Source: Orbicella franksi
Lineage: Eukaryota
Direction: 5' to 3'
Assembly: GCA_964199315.1 (NCBI GenBank)
Contig: OZ116700.1
Coordinates: 6,262,001-6,326,000, forward strand
DNA: 64,000 nucleotides
The position numbers and the translations under genes were made by a program. Of this stretch, positions 9,883-23,000 are shown piece after piece. The first letter of the stretch is position 1, and each line of letters starts with the position of its first letter. The notes beneath the pieces were generated by a model that was given only the letters and a program-made list of their open reading frames with translations, did no database searches and was not told where the DNA came from.

Positions 9883-12800
9883 CAGCAGTGCTTCGAAAAC
9901 TACGAGCCCTGGTCGAGTCAAAGCCTTCTTATTAGCAAGCCTGTTTTCAGTTTCTCAGGTTTGTTTCTTCGCCATAGATATACAGTCGAACCTCTCCTCA
10001 ACGGCCACCTTGGGGACAGAGGAAAGTGGCCATTGTAGAGAGGTGGCAGTTATGGGGAGGCAGGGCTGTAATATGACACCTACTGTAGGATGTAAATAAG
10101 TAACGCAATCAAGATATGTCAATGAAACAGAAATAACGCCAAGAAGGGATCAAGTTTCATTACTTTTTCCGATGAAAAGTGGGGTTTGTTTCCACCAGTC
10201 GTCATTCGTTGATTTACTGGCCATTGTCGAGAGTATTTTGGCAGTTGCGACGAGTTTTAGTAGCCATTGCCGTTGTGGTCTTGAGGAGAGGTGGCCTTTG
10301 TAGAGAGGTTCAATTAAGCGAATGTATGGACCGTCCGCCGGGACGTAAAAAAGTGGCCGTTTTAGAGAGGTGGCAGATAGTGGAGGTTCGACTGTACAGA
10401 AGAAATCCTCCCGACGGGGGAGGGGGTGGGGGAGAGACTTCCATATAGAAAGGACTGGGGTGCTCGTCGGAAAATTCTGAAAAGAACCCCTAAGATGTAC
10501 GAAGATCCTGTTTTGTGGGCATGGCTTGAAATTTTTTCACCCTAAGAGGTACCAACTCTAAAACAAAACATTATCTCCTGTCATATTTTTTCGTCTCAAT
10601 ACCATAAAAGGTACAGCAAAAGCTCCGCCTGTTGACCTTTTGAGGCTGAACACCATAAGAGCTACCAAAACCATTTTTTTTTAACCCCTTAAAAGTACGA
10701 CGAGCACCCCCGTCCTTTATATATGGGAGTTTTCCCTCGGGCAAATCCTAACAGGGACTTGCTTAAATGCGGAAAAAAATGTACTGTCGATTCTTCATTT
10801 TTCAATAGGAAGACTTGCAACAGAATACAATTTGCTGAAAAGGTATACGCGCGAAAGTAGGCGGTAAATATGAACAGAGTGACAAAAAGGAAGTACGTAG
10901 GCAATCTTATGCCTTGCCGCTCGAGTGCTTTTGTTTTCACAGTTATTTATTATTCATTGTCTATAGTCATTACGTAGCGTGTATTTTGGGCATGAAAGAG
11001 CTTCACAACGCATAATTGACATCAGCTAATATCAAGTTGTTTGGCCGTTGAATTATAAGCAGGCTTCGAACGTAGATGGGTGTCCGCCTGTTTGTTTCAA
11101 GTAACATAGTATACTCCGGTCAGTTATACAACTACTTCCTCGAAGAAAAGTGCATTTAACTTTGTTTCTCTCGGTAGAGTCAACTGAAGAAGTTTGTGCG
11201 TCCCTAAACTGAATTGAACTACGTCGTAAGCCTTGGCCGACTGAAATCTTTTGTGTTTATAAAGAACTTGAGTCTTATTACTTTACCACAGCTACGAAGA
11301 TTCAGCCATGGGTAATACGGTAAGTTAGTGCTAACCTTGTTTCACCGCACTCTTTCTCAATATCGATCGATGGATCGATTTGATAATGAGTTCTAAAATC
11401 GCCTTCCCTGCTGGAGTTTTAACTCACTGTTGGCCAGTTAAAAATTTGCTTTACGATCCACTGTAACAATGGTAATAACATCTCAGCATAGTCTTATGTT
11501 TACATGTATACGCCAGTAGAAATCTGAGATTTCTGGCTAAAACAGTTATTGAGTATTAGACCCGGAGATTGCATGAACCTAATCTTCATTTCATGGTTAT
11601 TTGTAGCTCTGTAATATCCATCCGCTGACCAAAATAGCTTCACACCGTTAGCAATGATGTTATTTTCAGTCAGTATGCGAGAGTTTAATCACTTCTTCGT
11701 TTACTGACTTGCATTTCACCTATTAGTAACTCTTTTGGTGTTGAAAGTTAAAATTTGCAAGGATTATCTCGCAGTACGCCATAGAGACTTATCCGAGTAA
11801 TAAATTTCGGACGCAGTAGGCAGCACTGGTGCCACTTTTCGCGCTTGTATAACACGTGTTTTATACTACAGAATGCAAAAGTAAATGAAAGAAAAACGCA
11901 AGAAAATGGCAATTGTTTCATTCATAGTGCTTGCGTTTAACTCAAAAGTGTAGTAGCTCTCGTAAGCTTGAAGGTTTTTTGCTTGTTAGCAGCTGTCATT
12001 GTTTTGGGGCAAGGGACATTGTTTCTGTTGTTTGTTCCTTTGTCCTCACAAAGGGTATCAAGCCATTCATGTGAGAACTTAAGACAGCATCTACCCGACC
12101 CGTTTAACTGCGTTTTACTTCGCACTTTTTCGCGAGTTTTGTTAAGATGTTTTTGTGTGTCATTTATTAATCCTGCATTATAATTCAGTGGTTAATTAAA
12201 AAGGGAGATGAGCTGTCTATGGTGTTTTTCTTGTACACTTCGCATCCATTTAATTAATGTCGCCAGGAGACTGGGAGTTTAACTTTGTTCAATCTGTTGA
12301 AGCCTATAATCACCATCAACTGATCTGGTGCATATTTTTCAGAGTATAAAAGAGCTAGAAAGAATAGGACAAGTATCCGAATTTAACTCACAAGATTCTT
12401 TAGATGTTGAAAGATCTTTTCAAATTGTGGAGAACGAGAATGAAGAAAACACGGCACCTCCAACCTCTTCAGGGATTCAGGATGTTGAAGAGTCAAGTGA
12501 AAAGCCGATTGCAAAAGCCAAAGGAAAGAAGGAGAAAAAACGTGAAAAATTCAAACAGGAGAGTCCCAACAAAAATGACGATGAACTTTCGGAAGATTAT
12601 TTGGACAAACAAATTCCTCGTAACAAGAAGGCCATGAAAACAAAGTTGAAAAACGTATTGATTGAGTTACACGGTAAAAATGAAATTCTTTCTAAAGGCA
12701 AGCCAATTCTTGATCGCTTGACGAATGAGAGAGAGCGCCATTTGGAACGTATAGAGGAGAAAGAAAAAGTGATTGAAGGCAAAGAGTTCGTCATTCAGTC

Positions 12801-12902
12801 TTTTCATGAGAAAATGCAGGTTTTCACACAACGGATCGAAGAGAAGGAGTCCGAGTTGAGAGAAAAAGAACGCTTGTTGAGAGAGGCAAACGAAAATGTC
12901 GA
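9883..12902 (+). repeat. Segmental duplication, copy 2 (left boundary somewhere in 9855-9883)
   Basis: Matches 1-1620 + 3245-4615. Confidence 0.97.
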
Positions 12903-15344
12903 ACTACTGCAAAAGCAACTTGCTGAGCAAGAGGGGATCGTGAAAGAAATGCAGAGCGCGATGGAGAGTTTGAGCAACAAAAATACAAACCATACCCGTC
13001 AATCGCAAAGTGCGCTCAGAGCTGATTTAGACACCAGAGTTGAACTTGAATCGCTCAGAAGAGAGAACGAACGATTCAAACTTCAAATACAAGAAAAAAT
13101 CAGCACCCTGAGAGAGAGGGAGCAAGAGATTAATTCACTCAAGCGAGAAAAAGAAACTATGCAGCAAGAGAAAAGAGAGAGTGAAAAGATCAGCCTTGAA
13201 CGAAAGTTTTCGGTGGACAGGTTAAACAGAGAGAAAGAGAGAGGCCTGGCTTATCTTGGGCAACTAGAGATAAGATTAACAGAAAAAGAACAGGCCTTGA
13301 GGCAGGCGAGCAATGAACGTGCTGAACTGCGAGATCAACTGAGGCGGAAAGAAACTCTCCTTTTGGAGAAAGACAGAACTTTGGAGACTCTGGAGAACTC
13401 AAGGAAAGGTACAACTGACCGCTTGGATCGACTAGAGAAACAATGGCAGGACGAGAGAAGAGCGCAACGAAGTGCGTACGATACGTTACGTGACGAGAAG
13501 CGTGCTTGCGAAGAACGTTTGCAACGTGCTGAAACGGACGTGGAAACGTATCAAAGACGCATTCGCGTCCTAGAACACGAGATGGAAAGAGCTCGTCAAA
13601 CCACCGACATCTTCCGCGGGGATCAGCCGTGGATGATCTCGAGAGATGAAATCAAACTCTCCGACAAGGTCCTGGGTACTGGGGCGTGGGGAAGAGTTGT
13701 GGAAGGGAATTTTCGAGGTACGAAAGTGGCTGTGAAAGAAATCCACGAAATCATTCAGTCAGCACACAACAGGCTTCTGTTTGATCGCGAAATCACTTTT
13801 GCTACCTTAGTGAGACATCCCTGTATTTTACAGTTCTTGGCTGTGGCCGAATACCGCACTAGTAAGCCACTGTTAGTTGCAGAGCTCATGGATATGTCTC
13901 TCTCGCAATTAGTAAGGGATGAAAAATCTCTGGGCAATCGATTCATCCGAATTCTGGCGCTTGACGTGGCTTACGGACTCAACTATCTTCACTGCTTTCG
14001 GCCCAATCCCATTCTTCATCGTGACGTCAACAGTGGTAACGTCATGGTTTGGCGCCAAGGTGACAAGTGGCGCGGGAAACTCTGTGATTTTGGGTCAGCG
14101 GAGTTCATGGGCAGCAAAATGTCAGAGAATCCGGGCAATCCGTTTTACTCAGCTCCTGAGGCAAGCAACTCGAGCCAATCTCCCAAGGTAGGGCACTCAC
14201 ATTTATATCTTTTCATTTACTGAACTGTTATCTCTGTTATCTGGTTATTAATGAAACACTGAAGAAGCTCCCTAACTTTGTAGTCGTAAGTTTCCGTGCG
14301 CTGGATTTCAAACCAATAGGTCGAGATTAGAACCATACCTGGGGTCATTGTGTACGCTATTTAATTTTTTTCCTGGGACATATTTCGCTCTCACTGTGCC
14401 GGCCTTTCTAACCAGGACCGGGTTGTTCAAAGCAAGGTTAAGGCCACTCAAGATTACTGTAAGTTTTGATCCACTTTTGAGTTTGTAACTTTAAATAATT
14501 TGAATTTTGGTTCACTTTTGTACCTTTTAGTAAGGTCTGCTTTTTCCAGTTTTTGCTGTTCATTTCTGACCTGACTAATTTCAAACGATTAAATCAATGG
14601 CAATGACTGAAAGAGAAATCAGTGCCTCGGTCGGCTTGTTCAAAAGTCCGGATAGGCAGTATTCCTGGATTAGAGCTTGATCAAGCTTTTGTTGACGAGA
14701 TAAAACGGAAATCAAAATTTTCATTGACCCTGGATCTGCCTTTTGTCAGTGTTTAGAAAATATCGTCCTTGCGGTGTCTGACTTCATGATGATAAACCTT
14801 TTTTCCTTTGGTAACTAGGACGAGGCGAGCGTGGCCGAGTGGTTAGGGCGCCGGACTTGAAATCCGGAGGTAGCGGTTTCAGGTCCCGCTCTGACCACTA
14901 AGCTGGAGATATTTCTCGGTATAGACCCTAGTTCAACTCCTCGGACATGCTTGTAAATAGCCAACTGGTTTGCTTCCCCCCAGTTGGGATTTTCAAGCCC
15001 GTGTTATGTTCAGTTGATATATTTGTTTCTTTCAGTTTAAGTGACATGCCAGTAAACTAGCTAGGTGTAGCTAAGTGCATTGACCACTTTAAACAGTAAG
15101 ATTTGAACATTTTGAACTCTTTCTTTAATTGTCTCCCAAACAGATCGATGTTTACAGTTTCGGTGTACTTCTTTGTGAGCTTTGCATAAACCAAACACCC
15201 AATCCTGATGAAAGAGAGCGACAGATTGCATTGATGTGGAACAAAAATCTGCGAGATTTAACAGAGCAGTGTATTACAAAGGATCCCTCCAGGCGCTCTA
15301 CAATGAGTGACGTCATTACTGTGTTAGAGCCGATGACCATGTGA
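11308..15344 (+). CDS. Coiled-coil + TKL-like Ser/Thr kinase, copy B (apparently intact, about 685 aa)
   Basis: Exons 11308-11319 (gccATGGGTAATACG|gtaag; linkage inferred), 12343-14187, 15144-15344; all phase 0, 2058 nt. Motifs GTGAWG, VAVK, HRDVNSGN, DFG, APE, DVYSFG. Confidence 0.85.
14819..15118 (+). mobile_element. tRNA-derived SINE in last intron of kinase B
   Basis: A-box TGGCCGAGTGG (14832-14842), degenerate B-box, core GTAAATAGCCAACTGG...CCAGTTGGGATT shared with 45779-46070. Confidence 0.8.
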
Positions 15345-16522
15345 CTTCATACAATGATGTTACCATGGTGACTTGGTGAATATCTTGAAACCCTGATGAG
15401 CTGTTTAGTTATACAGATACTGTTACATTATTAATTGATTTTGCTCAAGCTTTGGAATAATGACATGCTTGTGAAAGACTAAATCTTTTATGTATAAGGG
15501 AATGACTTAGGGATCAGTTGAAGAAGACTGTGAAAGTTTTGTTTTATAAACTGGTTAGAAATAATAATAAACCAAAAAGGTTCAAGGATGGTGACAAACG
15601 ACGAACTTAAAAAATTTAGGCTAAACTTTTCAAAATGCGCAAACCGTGACTTAGCTCCTTTAATTAAGCAAGACTGTCTACACAGTTACAACAATGGCGG
15701 ATCTACTTTCTTCAATATAGGACTGCAAGGCCGCTAGCCATTCATAAGCCAGCCATTCCGGCATAAGAATGATTGACGGGGATCAGAGTTTTGAATTTGG
15801 ATCTTCAACTCGTGGTCATCACATGGCCCAAGCGCTCACATGAGCTCATCCACGACCCTTGATTTAGTATCGCTAACAAACCACAATTTTTGGTAAAAAA
15901 CGTAGATTTCAGGTTTCAAACTGTATGCGCGATGTTCTGAAGTCGTAAAGCTGGTTTATACATGTTGTGTACCAGCTCTTGTGGCACTGACCACCTCACC
16001 TCAACCACTTAGACCAGAATAAAACAATTGAAATTGTGGATAGGGAATGATTATTTTAGATACAATTTCGCCTCCCTTAATAAGCGGGGTAATACGGTGG
16101 GGGGGGGGGGGGGGGAATCTCTAGCACAGTTCACGAACGGAAAAAAATAGAGGATCACGGATCACGGATATATTTTCCCGAATCACGAAAATAAGCAAGT
16201 AAGATACTCTTTTTAATAACCTGTCCTTACACTAGAAAGAGTGTTTGAGGAAAACAAAATCGCGAAAGGCTAAGTAAAGGCTCCTTATCACTCTGGATAG
16301 ACGACTCTAACCATTCGGAGGACTAGAATAGAATAGAGTGGTAAAACCACGAATGTCGGTATAATAATTCAAGTTCTTCACGGGTCACGAAAACCCCTCA
16401 GGTAACGGATCACGAAGAGTAATTCCGAGTCCCTAAATTCACGTTCCACGGAAAATAAAATCAGCTAATCATGCGTCATGAGAATACCCCTGTACGACCC
16501 TCATTGCAGAGTGGTTTAGGGC

Positions 16523-16665
16523 AATAGGTCACTTTCTACATATTAAAGTGAGGCCTAGAGGACACAAACAAAAGAAATGAACAAACGTGTCATTCAATTC
16601 CCTCTGTTTGTGTCCTCTAGGACTCACTATCAAGTTGAATTTTGATATGTCGAAAACAGTCTATT
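16523..16665. mobile_element. Palindromic MITE (AATAG...CTATT ends)
   Basis: Arms GTGAGGCCTAGAGGACACAAACA / TGTTTGTGTCCTCTAGGACTCAC. Confidence 0.6.
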
Positions 16666-17148
16666 GTTCGTCTTGAAAAAGATCCATGTTCTGCTTACAA
16701 TATAGTATTTTTTTGTTACATTCTCCAATCAGAAACATTTTTTCTAGCTGGTGAATGTCAAAACATGTCACAAGACATCACATCACCTGTCATGAACGCA
16801 TTTATATTCGTGTAGTATTTACCTACAGTTTATTATCATATCCCAGAACTCAGGAAAACACCCGGCAAACATTAGATTATACCACGAGTAAAATTGAACC
16901 ATAACGGGTGATGATTTTGTCCTTTTTCAGCCCCATCGTTCATACAAAAACGTGCTTTTATAAAAAATAACGCAGTCATACATAACATACAATGTACTCT
17001 GATTATTTTGCTTTGCGACCCAGCAAAATTAAAATCGTTACATTTGACAGTTCAAATCGTGACAAGCCACCCATTGACCTCGTGCCTAAATGCTTATTTA
17101 AGAACCCCAGAGTGATTTTCGCATATATTTATCGTCTAGATTTACCTG

Positions 17149-20100
17149 ATGGCTGACTCGGAACGCGAAAAAGAGAAAATAAAAATTCCAGCGAGCTCGG
17201 GTTTGAGGAAAACGTACTCAGCGAAAGCTCGTTTGGATGAAGGCTGTTCGTGGACGGCTTGTGCGGTCGGTTTTATTGTGATGTTTATCATTGGTGGGCA
17301 GAATAACAGTTCAGGAATAATATTCACTGTGTTGCTGGATGAATTCAACACCAACCGCGGCCAGACCGGTAAGAAGTCGTTGTTTTGTTTTGGATCGAAA
17401 ATGTTTGGGCTCAGGTTATCGCTATATATATATACCGAAGAGAACCAAACAGGCATCAGATAACTGATACATCGTGGATCGCGTGCAGTGTATAATCTCA
17501 TGTGTATAATCTCAGCTCGGACTCCCTTAGTCCTTGTAAGAATTCGGCATCAGTGTGAAGGTAATGAAAAAAAAAAAAAAAAATGTTACAGGTGACCATT
17601 TTGCTTTCACTTTTAATTCCGTTTTCAAATCTTGACACAGAAAGCTCAGTTTTCCATATGGCTGATAATTTTTATTTGTCCAAGAGTAAACGTCACGAAG
17701 CGGGCCGTTTGTCAAACGTGGCATTTCTGCCGTGTTGAATTTAATCTTTACATTATGGAACATTTATGCTGATATATTGAAAATGCGATTCTTCAATATG
17801 GCGCCCTTCAGCGTCGTTGAGAGCGACTTGTGCACCGGAAGAGACGAAAGCTCTTTGTCTGACAAAGAACGTCGTTAGCAAGAGAGGAAAACCCTCGTAG
17901 GAAACGACATGTAGGAGCTGTAAGAAAACTATGATCAGTCAGAGTAGCTCTGAAAACTGTTATGACATCGAAGAAAAAGTGGACAGTGAGGATGTTCGGT
18001 CCCGCCAAAATCGCGTGACTGCTGCTGCTGAGTCGAGCCGGTTTATAGCCCCCTGGCCGGGTAACCCTTATGGAACCGGCTAGAAGGGTTGAAATGTCTT
18101 CAATTCTTTCATGTTAACACTGGGCTAAAAGCTTACCCACATTAATACTTTCAGTTTCAGTTTCACTCAAATAACCATGTTTCTTTCGTTTTTCCGTTTT
18201 ATTGTATGTACATCATGACCTCCCACCATTCCGCTGTACTGGACTTTGTAGGTTTTTTTGTTTGCCATCTTTCTAGCCCCTATTTTCTTTTTATTTCATT
18301 TGAACTACGTGGTTTATCAGTTCCAATGAAATCATTTCAATTCACTTAAATTTCCAGACGGTTACTTTTCTTTAGTTTGGGATGAACTTGACGGAAAAAT
18401 TATAAACAGTTCTGCAATCGAATATTTAGCGACAAGTTCGTCGCAAAAAGGTGCCAGTATTCGAATTAGCAAAATTGAAACAAAATGTGAATTTGATTTG
18501 CCGGTATTTCCATCATTGTTTCTTGGAGCCCGAACAAAGTCGTCCCGGGTAGGCGAGTTGTCTCTTAGCAGAGCGTTAACAAGGCAGCTACCCTGGCGCT
18601 AGGGTAACCCTATTGCTCAGCTCTGGCTATCTAGTGCCAGGGTTACCCTACGGCATATAATTCATGGTAGGACACATTTAGTCGCCTTCTCCTTCACCCC
18701 TTGAATGCTAACCGCAAGCAAAGAGCAGTAAATAAATGTTAACGGCAAGCAAACACAGTATGTAGACTATATAACTGCTAACCATATCAACCTTAAAACC
18801 CCAAAGGTGCCGCCACTACATTTGGTCGGGGCTACACGGTTCCTATTTTTCCTAATAAGAGGTTTCTTGTGCTTACGTGTCCGGCTTTGGCGTGTGTAGG
18901 ATGTTATTTGATCTATCTCCTATCCACTTTGTTGTAATCTTATTGTCACAATTAAAACATATCTTAGGCCTGGCTGACCAAAGCGCCCATGCCTCAACCT
19001 TTGAGCGTGTTCGGTTGTGTAGTGAGGGCAAAATTTGTTGTTTTCGCTAGTTAGATTGCAAAATTTAAGCTGTTATTCTTTTGTGTACTTGTTTGCTTGT
19101 TTCTATGCAGTACCATTTATGTTATAGGTCCTGTCTACAAGAAAGCACCGTAACTTCTAGTGCTGGGGCTAAGCACTCCCACATTAGTTAGGTCGCATAT
19201 GTAAACAACAGAATCATGAAAGATAAATCAGATAACGTTATTTACAAAATAAAACTGAATAAACCTTATGCGAAAGTGCCAGTGGCAAGGCTGACCGTAG
19301 AATGTCACAAGTTTCTCAACCGTCTCTTTTTACAAACGTGCATGCTAACCATGAGCCTTTGCGTACTATGCTCGCACCTGCTCGCACCCAGTTCTCTGTT
19401 CGATGTCGGCAAAATATTAATTTATGTCAATATTACATTTTGCTTGGAAATAGTAAGAAATAGCAGTTTTGCCAGAATACCTGTGTATGTAACAGACAGG
19501 CTAGGGGCGATAGTCAGACGACGGCTCGGAAAAGCGAGCGTGGTAGCTTTGTAGGTTTTCTCTTATGAGGGGGTTGGTAGCTCTCTTTTTTTTCTTCTTG
19601 TTCCACAGGTTTACTTTTACCTGTCCTCTCGCAAAAAGACCGCGACAGTACTCTAGCGTCAGGGCGCGGCTAATGACAGGCAAACTGAGACACTTTTTAT
19701 TTTTCGTTGTTTGTAGTCATCACAAACACCCTAAATACCTAGCAAGAGAATTAAGCCATATACATTGCCTCAGTCATATTTTTTTTTCTGGCCATGGCCC
19801 TATTGTTATGTCGTTGTCGGAACGAAAAAGAAGCAGCGTGACAAGTGCGTGACGCGAGGGACTGACGTCATGCTCTTACCCGAGAATTCATAGTGGTTTG
19901 TAAAGGAGTTTGCACTGCTAGCGTTCTAGATCGTTTTGTCTTTTTATCACTTCCCCGCTTTTTTCGCCTCCTTCAGTTTTTCGATTCACCTGCCAATCTC
20001 TCTCAGGCCTCCTTTATTTCCATTTATTTAAGTTGATTTCAACAGCGTCATCTGTCATAAGGACTCTTTTCCAATTCAGATCTTTTGAACAATAACCATG

Positions 20101-21417
20101 AAACTTTATGAGGTAGTTTCTATTTTAAAAGGCATTGCTTTGATTTTATATCTCCTCAGCTTGGGTGACCGCCATGGCAGCGGGAAGCATGCATGCGTTT
20201 GGAATGGTTTCCGCTCTCCTTGGTAACCGGCTTGGATTCGCTAACGTCATTGTGTTGGGTGGACTCGCATGTGCTGTTGGGATGTTTACGTCATCGTTCG
20301 CCACAAATATCTACTTACTTTACTTAACTTATGGTTTGGTGTGGGGCTTGGGCTCTTGTCTTTGTTACTGTTCCGCTTTGTTTCTGCTTCCTCAGTTTTT
20401 CCGGGCGCGACTCGGCTTAGCCAATGGGATCGTATTTTTTGGAGCTCCAGTTGCTACTCTGGTTTATAGTGCAGTTATGCAGAAACTTTTCAATTACTTG
20501 GGATTGGCAAAGACCTTTCGAATTTTAGCTGGAGTGCAGCTGGTTTTAGTGCTTTGTGGATTTATTACAAGATCGATTCTTTCACTTGGGTTTGACCAAA
20601 TTGAGTTGAAAAATATCAAGAAATCTAGTTTTGATTGGTCGATATTCAAGAACAAAAGCTTCATGGTTTTTGTGGCGTCCCTGTGCATGTTTATGCCTGG
20701 TTACTTGGTTCCTTATGTGCATTTAGTAAGTTAACATATCCTTCTTTGTTTTCGTCCTTTCATTCATCCTCCCTCCTTCCCTTCTGCTCTTCTTTTCAGC
20801 TCACAATTTATTACTGACTAATTGATTATTTCTTTTATCAGGTTCGACTTGCTAAGGATTCCGGTGAAACCTCCAACAGAGCAGTGTTTTTGGTTAGCTG
20901 TTTAGGGTTTGGTTCGTTAACAATTCGTCCTTTCTTTGGCAAATTCCTGGACCTGCCTCGAGTCAGTCGCTTAACCACTCTACAGATCACACTTCTCTTA
21001 ATCAGTGTTTTCACGACTCTTGTTCCCATAGCAACCAATTACGAATGGCTAGCAACCTATGCATTTATGTATGGTCTCCTAGAGGGATGTTTTTTAATTT
21101 CCTTGCCGTTAATTGTACAAGACTTAGTTGGAGACAGCAAATTGGCGTCTGCCCTGGGTACCTTGTACTGCCTTCTTTCTATCCCTAAAACCGCTGGCCC
21201 CTCGATCGCGGGCTGGATATACGACACATTTGACAGTTATGCCGTGGCGTTTTTTTGCGCAGGGGGATTTGCGATGGTTTCTACGTGTATTTTGTTAATG
21301 GTTCCACTGTTTAGAACGAATATTAATTCATTCTCCAGAAGTAAAGAGCTTGTTCATCTCGTGGTACGTTCCGAGTGCAACAACGAAGAGATCATAGGGA
21401 AAGAAACCTGTTTGTAG
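17149..21417 (+). CDS. Monocarboxylate transporter family (SLC16/MFS), 453 aa
   Basis: Exons 17149-17368, 20160-20725, 20842-21417 (1362 nt, frame-consistent). N-terminal DEGCSW motif, TAWV, multiple TM helices, YTFL-like GLLEGCF and AGWIYD motifs. Confidence 0.88.
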
Positions 21418-23000
21418 TTACAGTTATACTGAAGAGACGTCACCTGTTGCAATAACATAGAGTCAATATTGTCAGAGAGCACAATTATACGTTCTTTTTG
21501 AGCTCACAATCTTATTGTTAATTATTGGAGCACTAATTAAACTATCTTCAAAGAACGGTTGCTAATTCTTTCTACAATAGTAGTTTTAAACTTCTTCAAG
21601 TCGAAAGTCGCGTGTGGATTGAATTGTTCTTTGAAACTTCCGGGGAAGTGAATTACCTTGTAAAAATGTCCATTCTTAATGTGCCCCGAAGCATCGTCCC
21701 CGGCCGGGGAATTATGCGGACGACCTCCAACCCCTTGGCAGTTATAGTTCACTACCAAATGTTACCTTTCTCGTCCCTGACAAAAACTCATCACGTGGTA
21801 TGCTCAATTACCTTATAGAGTGTCCATCTATGGGTTGCTTTCAGACATTATAGCTCACCATTTAATTTTCTCCGATTCTTAGTATTGGCGGAGAGACACG
21901 ATCTGCCCTTATAATCCATCAAATACTATCATTCGGACGCGATTGGTCTAAACGCGTCACATGACTGAATATTCCTCAGCTAAAACTGTTGAGTGATATT
22001 CCCCAATTTCCCAAACCACGCGTGTTGGAAAGGCCGGGATGCTCGTGGAAAATTTCGTGAGAAATTTTGAAAAGAACCCCTAAGAGGTTCTAAGATCCTG
22101 TTTTGTGGGCGTCACTTGAATTTTTATTCATCCCTAAGAGGTATCAATTCTAAAACAAAACATTATCTCTGCCCTTTGAACCGCTAAAAGGTATGACGAA
22201 CACCTCTGTCCTTTTCATATGGGAGTCTCTCCCCCGGAGGGGGGAGGGCTTGAAAAATATTTGTAGGTCAATAAATTAAACAAAATAGCCACCGTGAGTT
22301 GGCGCGAAAATATGATCGGATATTTGTCCTTTGACATTATCTGTACCTCAGAGCTTTCAGTTTTCGGTTCTCTGAACAGATTATGTCCGCAGACAAATAT
22401 CCGAGCATATTTTCGTACGAAATGGAGGCTATTGTTTACATGGAACCTCGACAGAAAAAAATCTATTGTTACAATAGCGTTTGATAGCTCAGCCCAACAG
22501 ATTGCAACGTTGGCAGTTAGGAACAATGAGATGAAAACATTCTCACATCTTACATAGAGGATATTACATGACCGCGCGGGGATGCGAATTATATTCCCGA
22601 CCTCAGTTGAAGTGACCACTGTTTTCGGTGCAAATACGGAGATGTCTTAGATTTCGAGAAGATTAAATATTAGATATCCAGAAGATTAAATGGCCACTTG
22701 GGAATACCATGAGAGATACCATCTTTAAAGATAAAATTTGTATCTCCGTGCGTTATGTAAAATACTCTATAGAATGGGAGTCTTTCCTCGATGTCACCCG
22801 CTCCTCATTTCATATTTTCTGTTACCCTGACAATCTATTTGCCAACGGAATCAGACCTGGCAAGTATTTAATTCCGTAATGAACAGATTTATACCCTGCT
22901 CAACCCTGCTTTAAGTTATCTGGGGATTTTATTTTGGTATTTTTTTGACAGACTTGTTTTCTTCATAAAAGCGAGGAAGGAGTGGCGGAGTGGAGGGGGG

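Noticed and set aside
14819-14900. tRNA genes (also 33534, 45779, 49345-49390)
   Set aside because: A/B boxes are present but there is no complete cloverleaf; they continue into SINE bodies or are truncated.
15393-15420. Hammerhead ribozyme core CTGATGAG
   Set aside because: No stem II closed by GAAA follows; other CTGANGA hits examined also lacked it. A by-eye search is not exhaustive.
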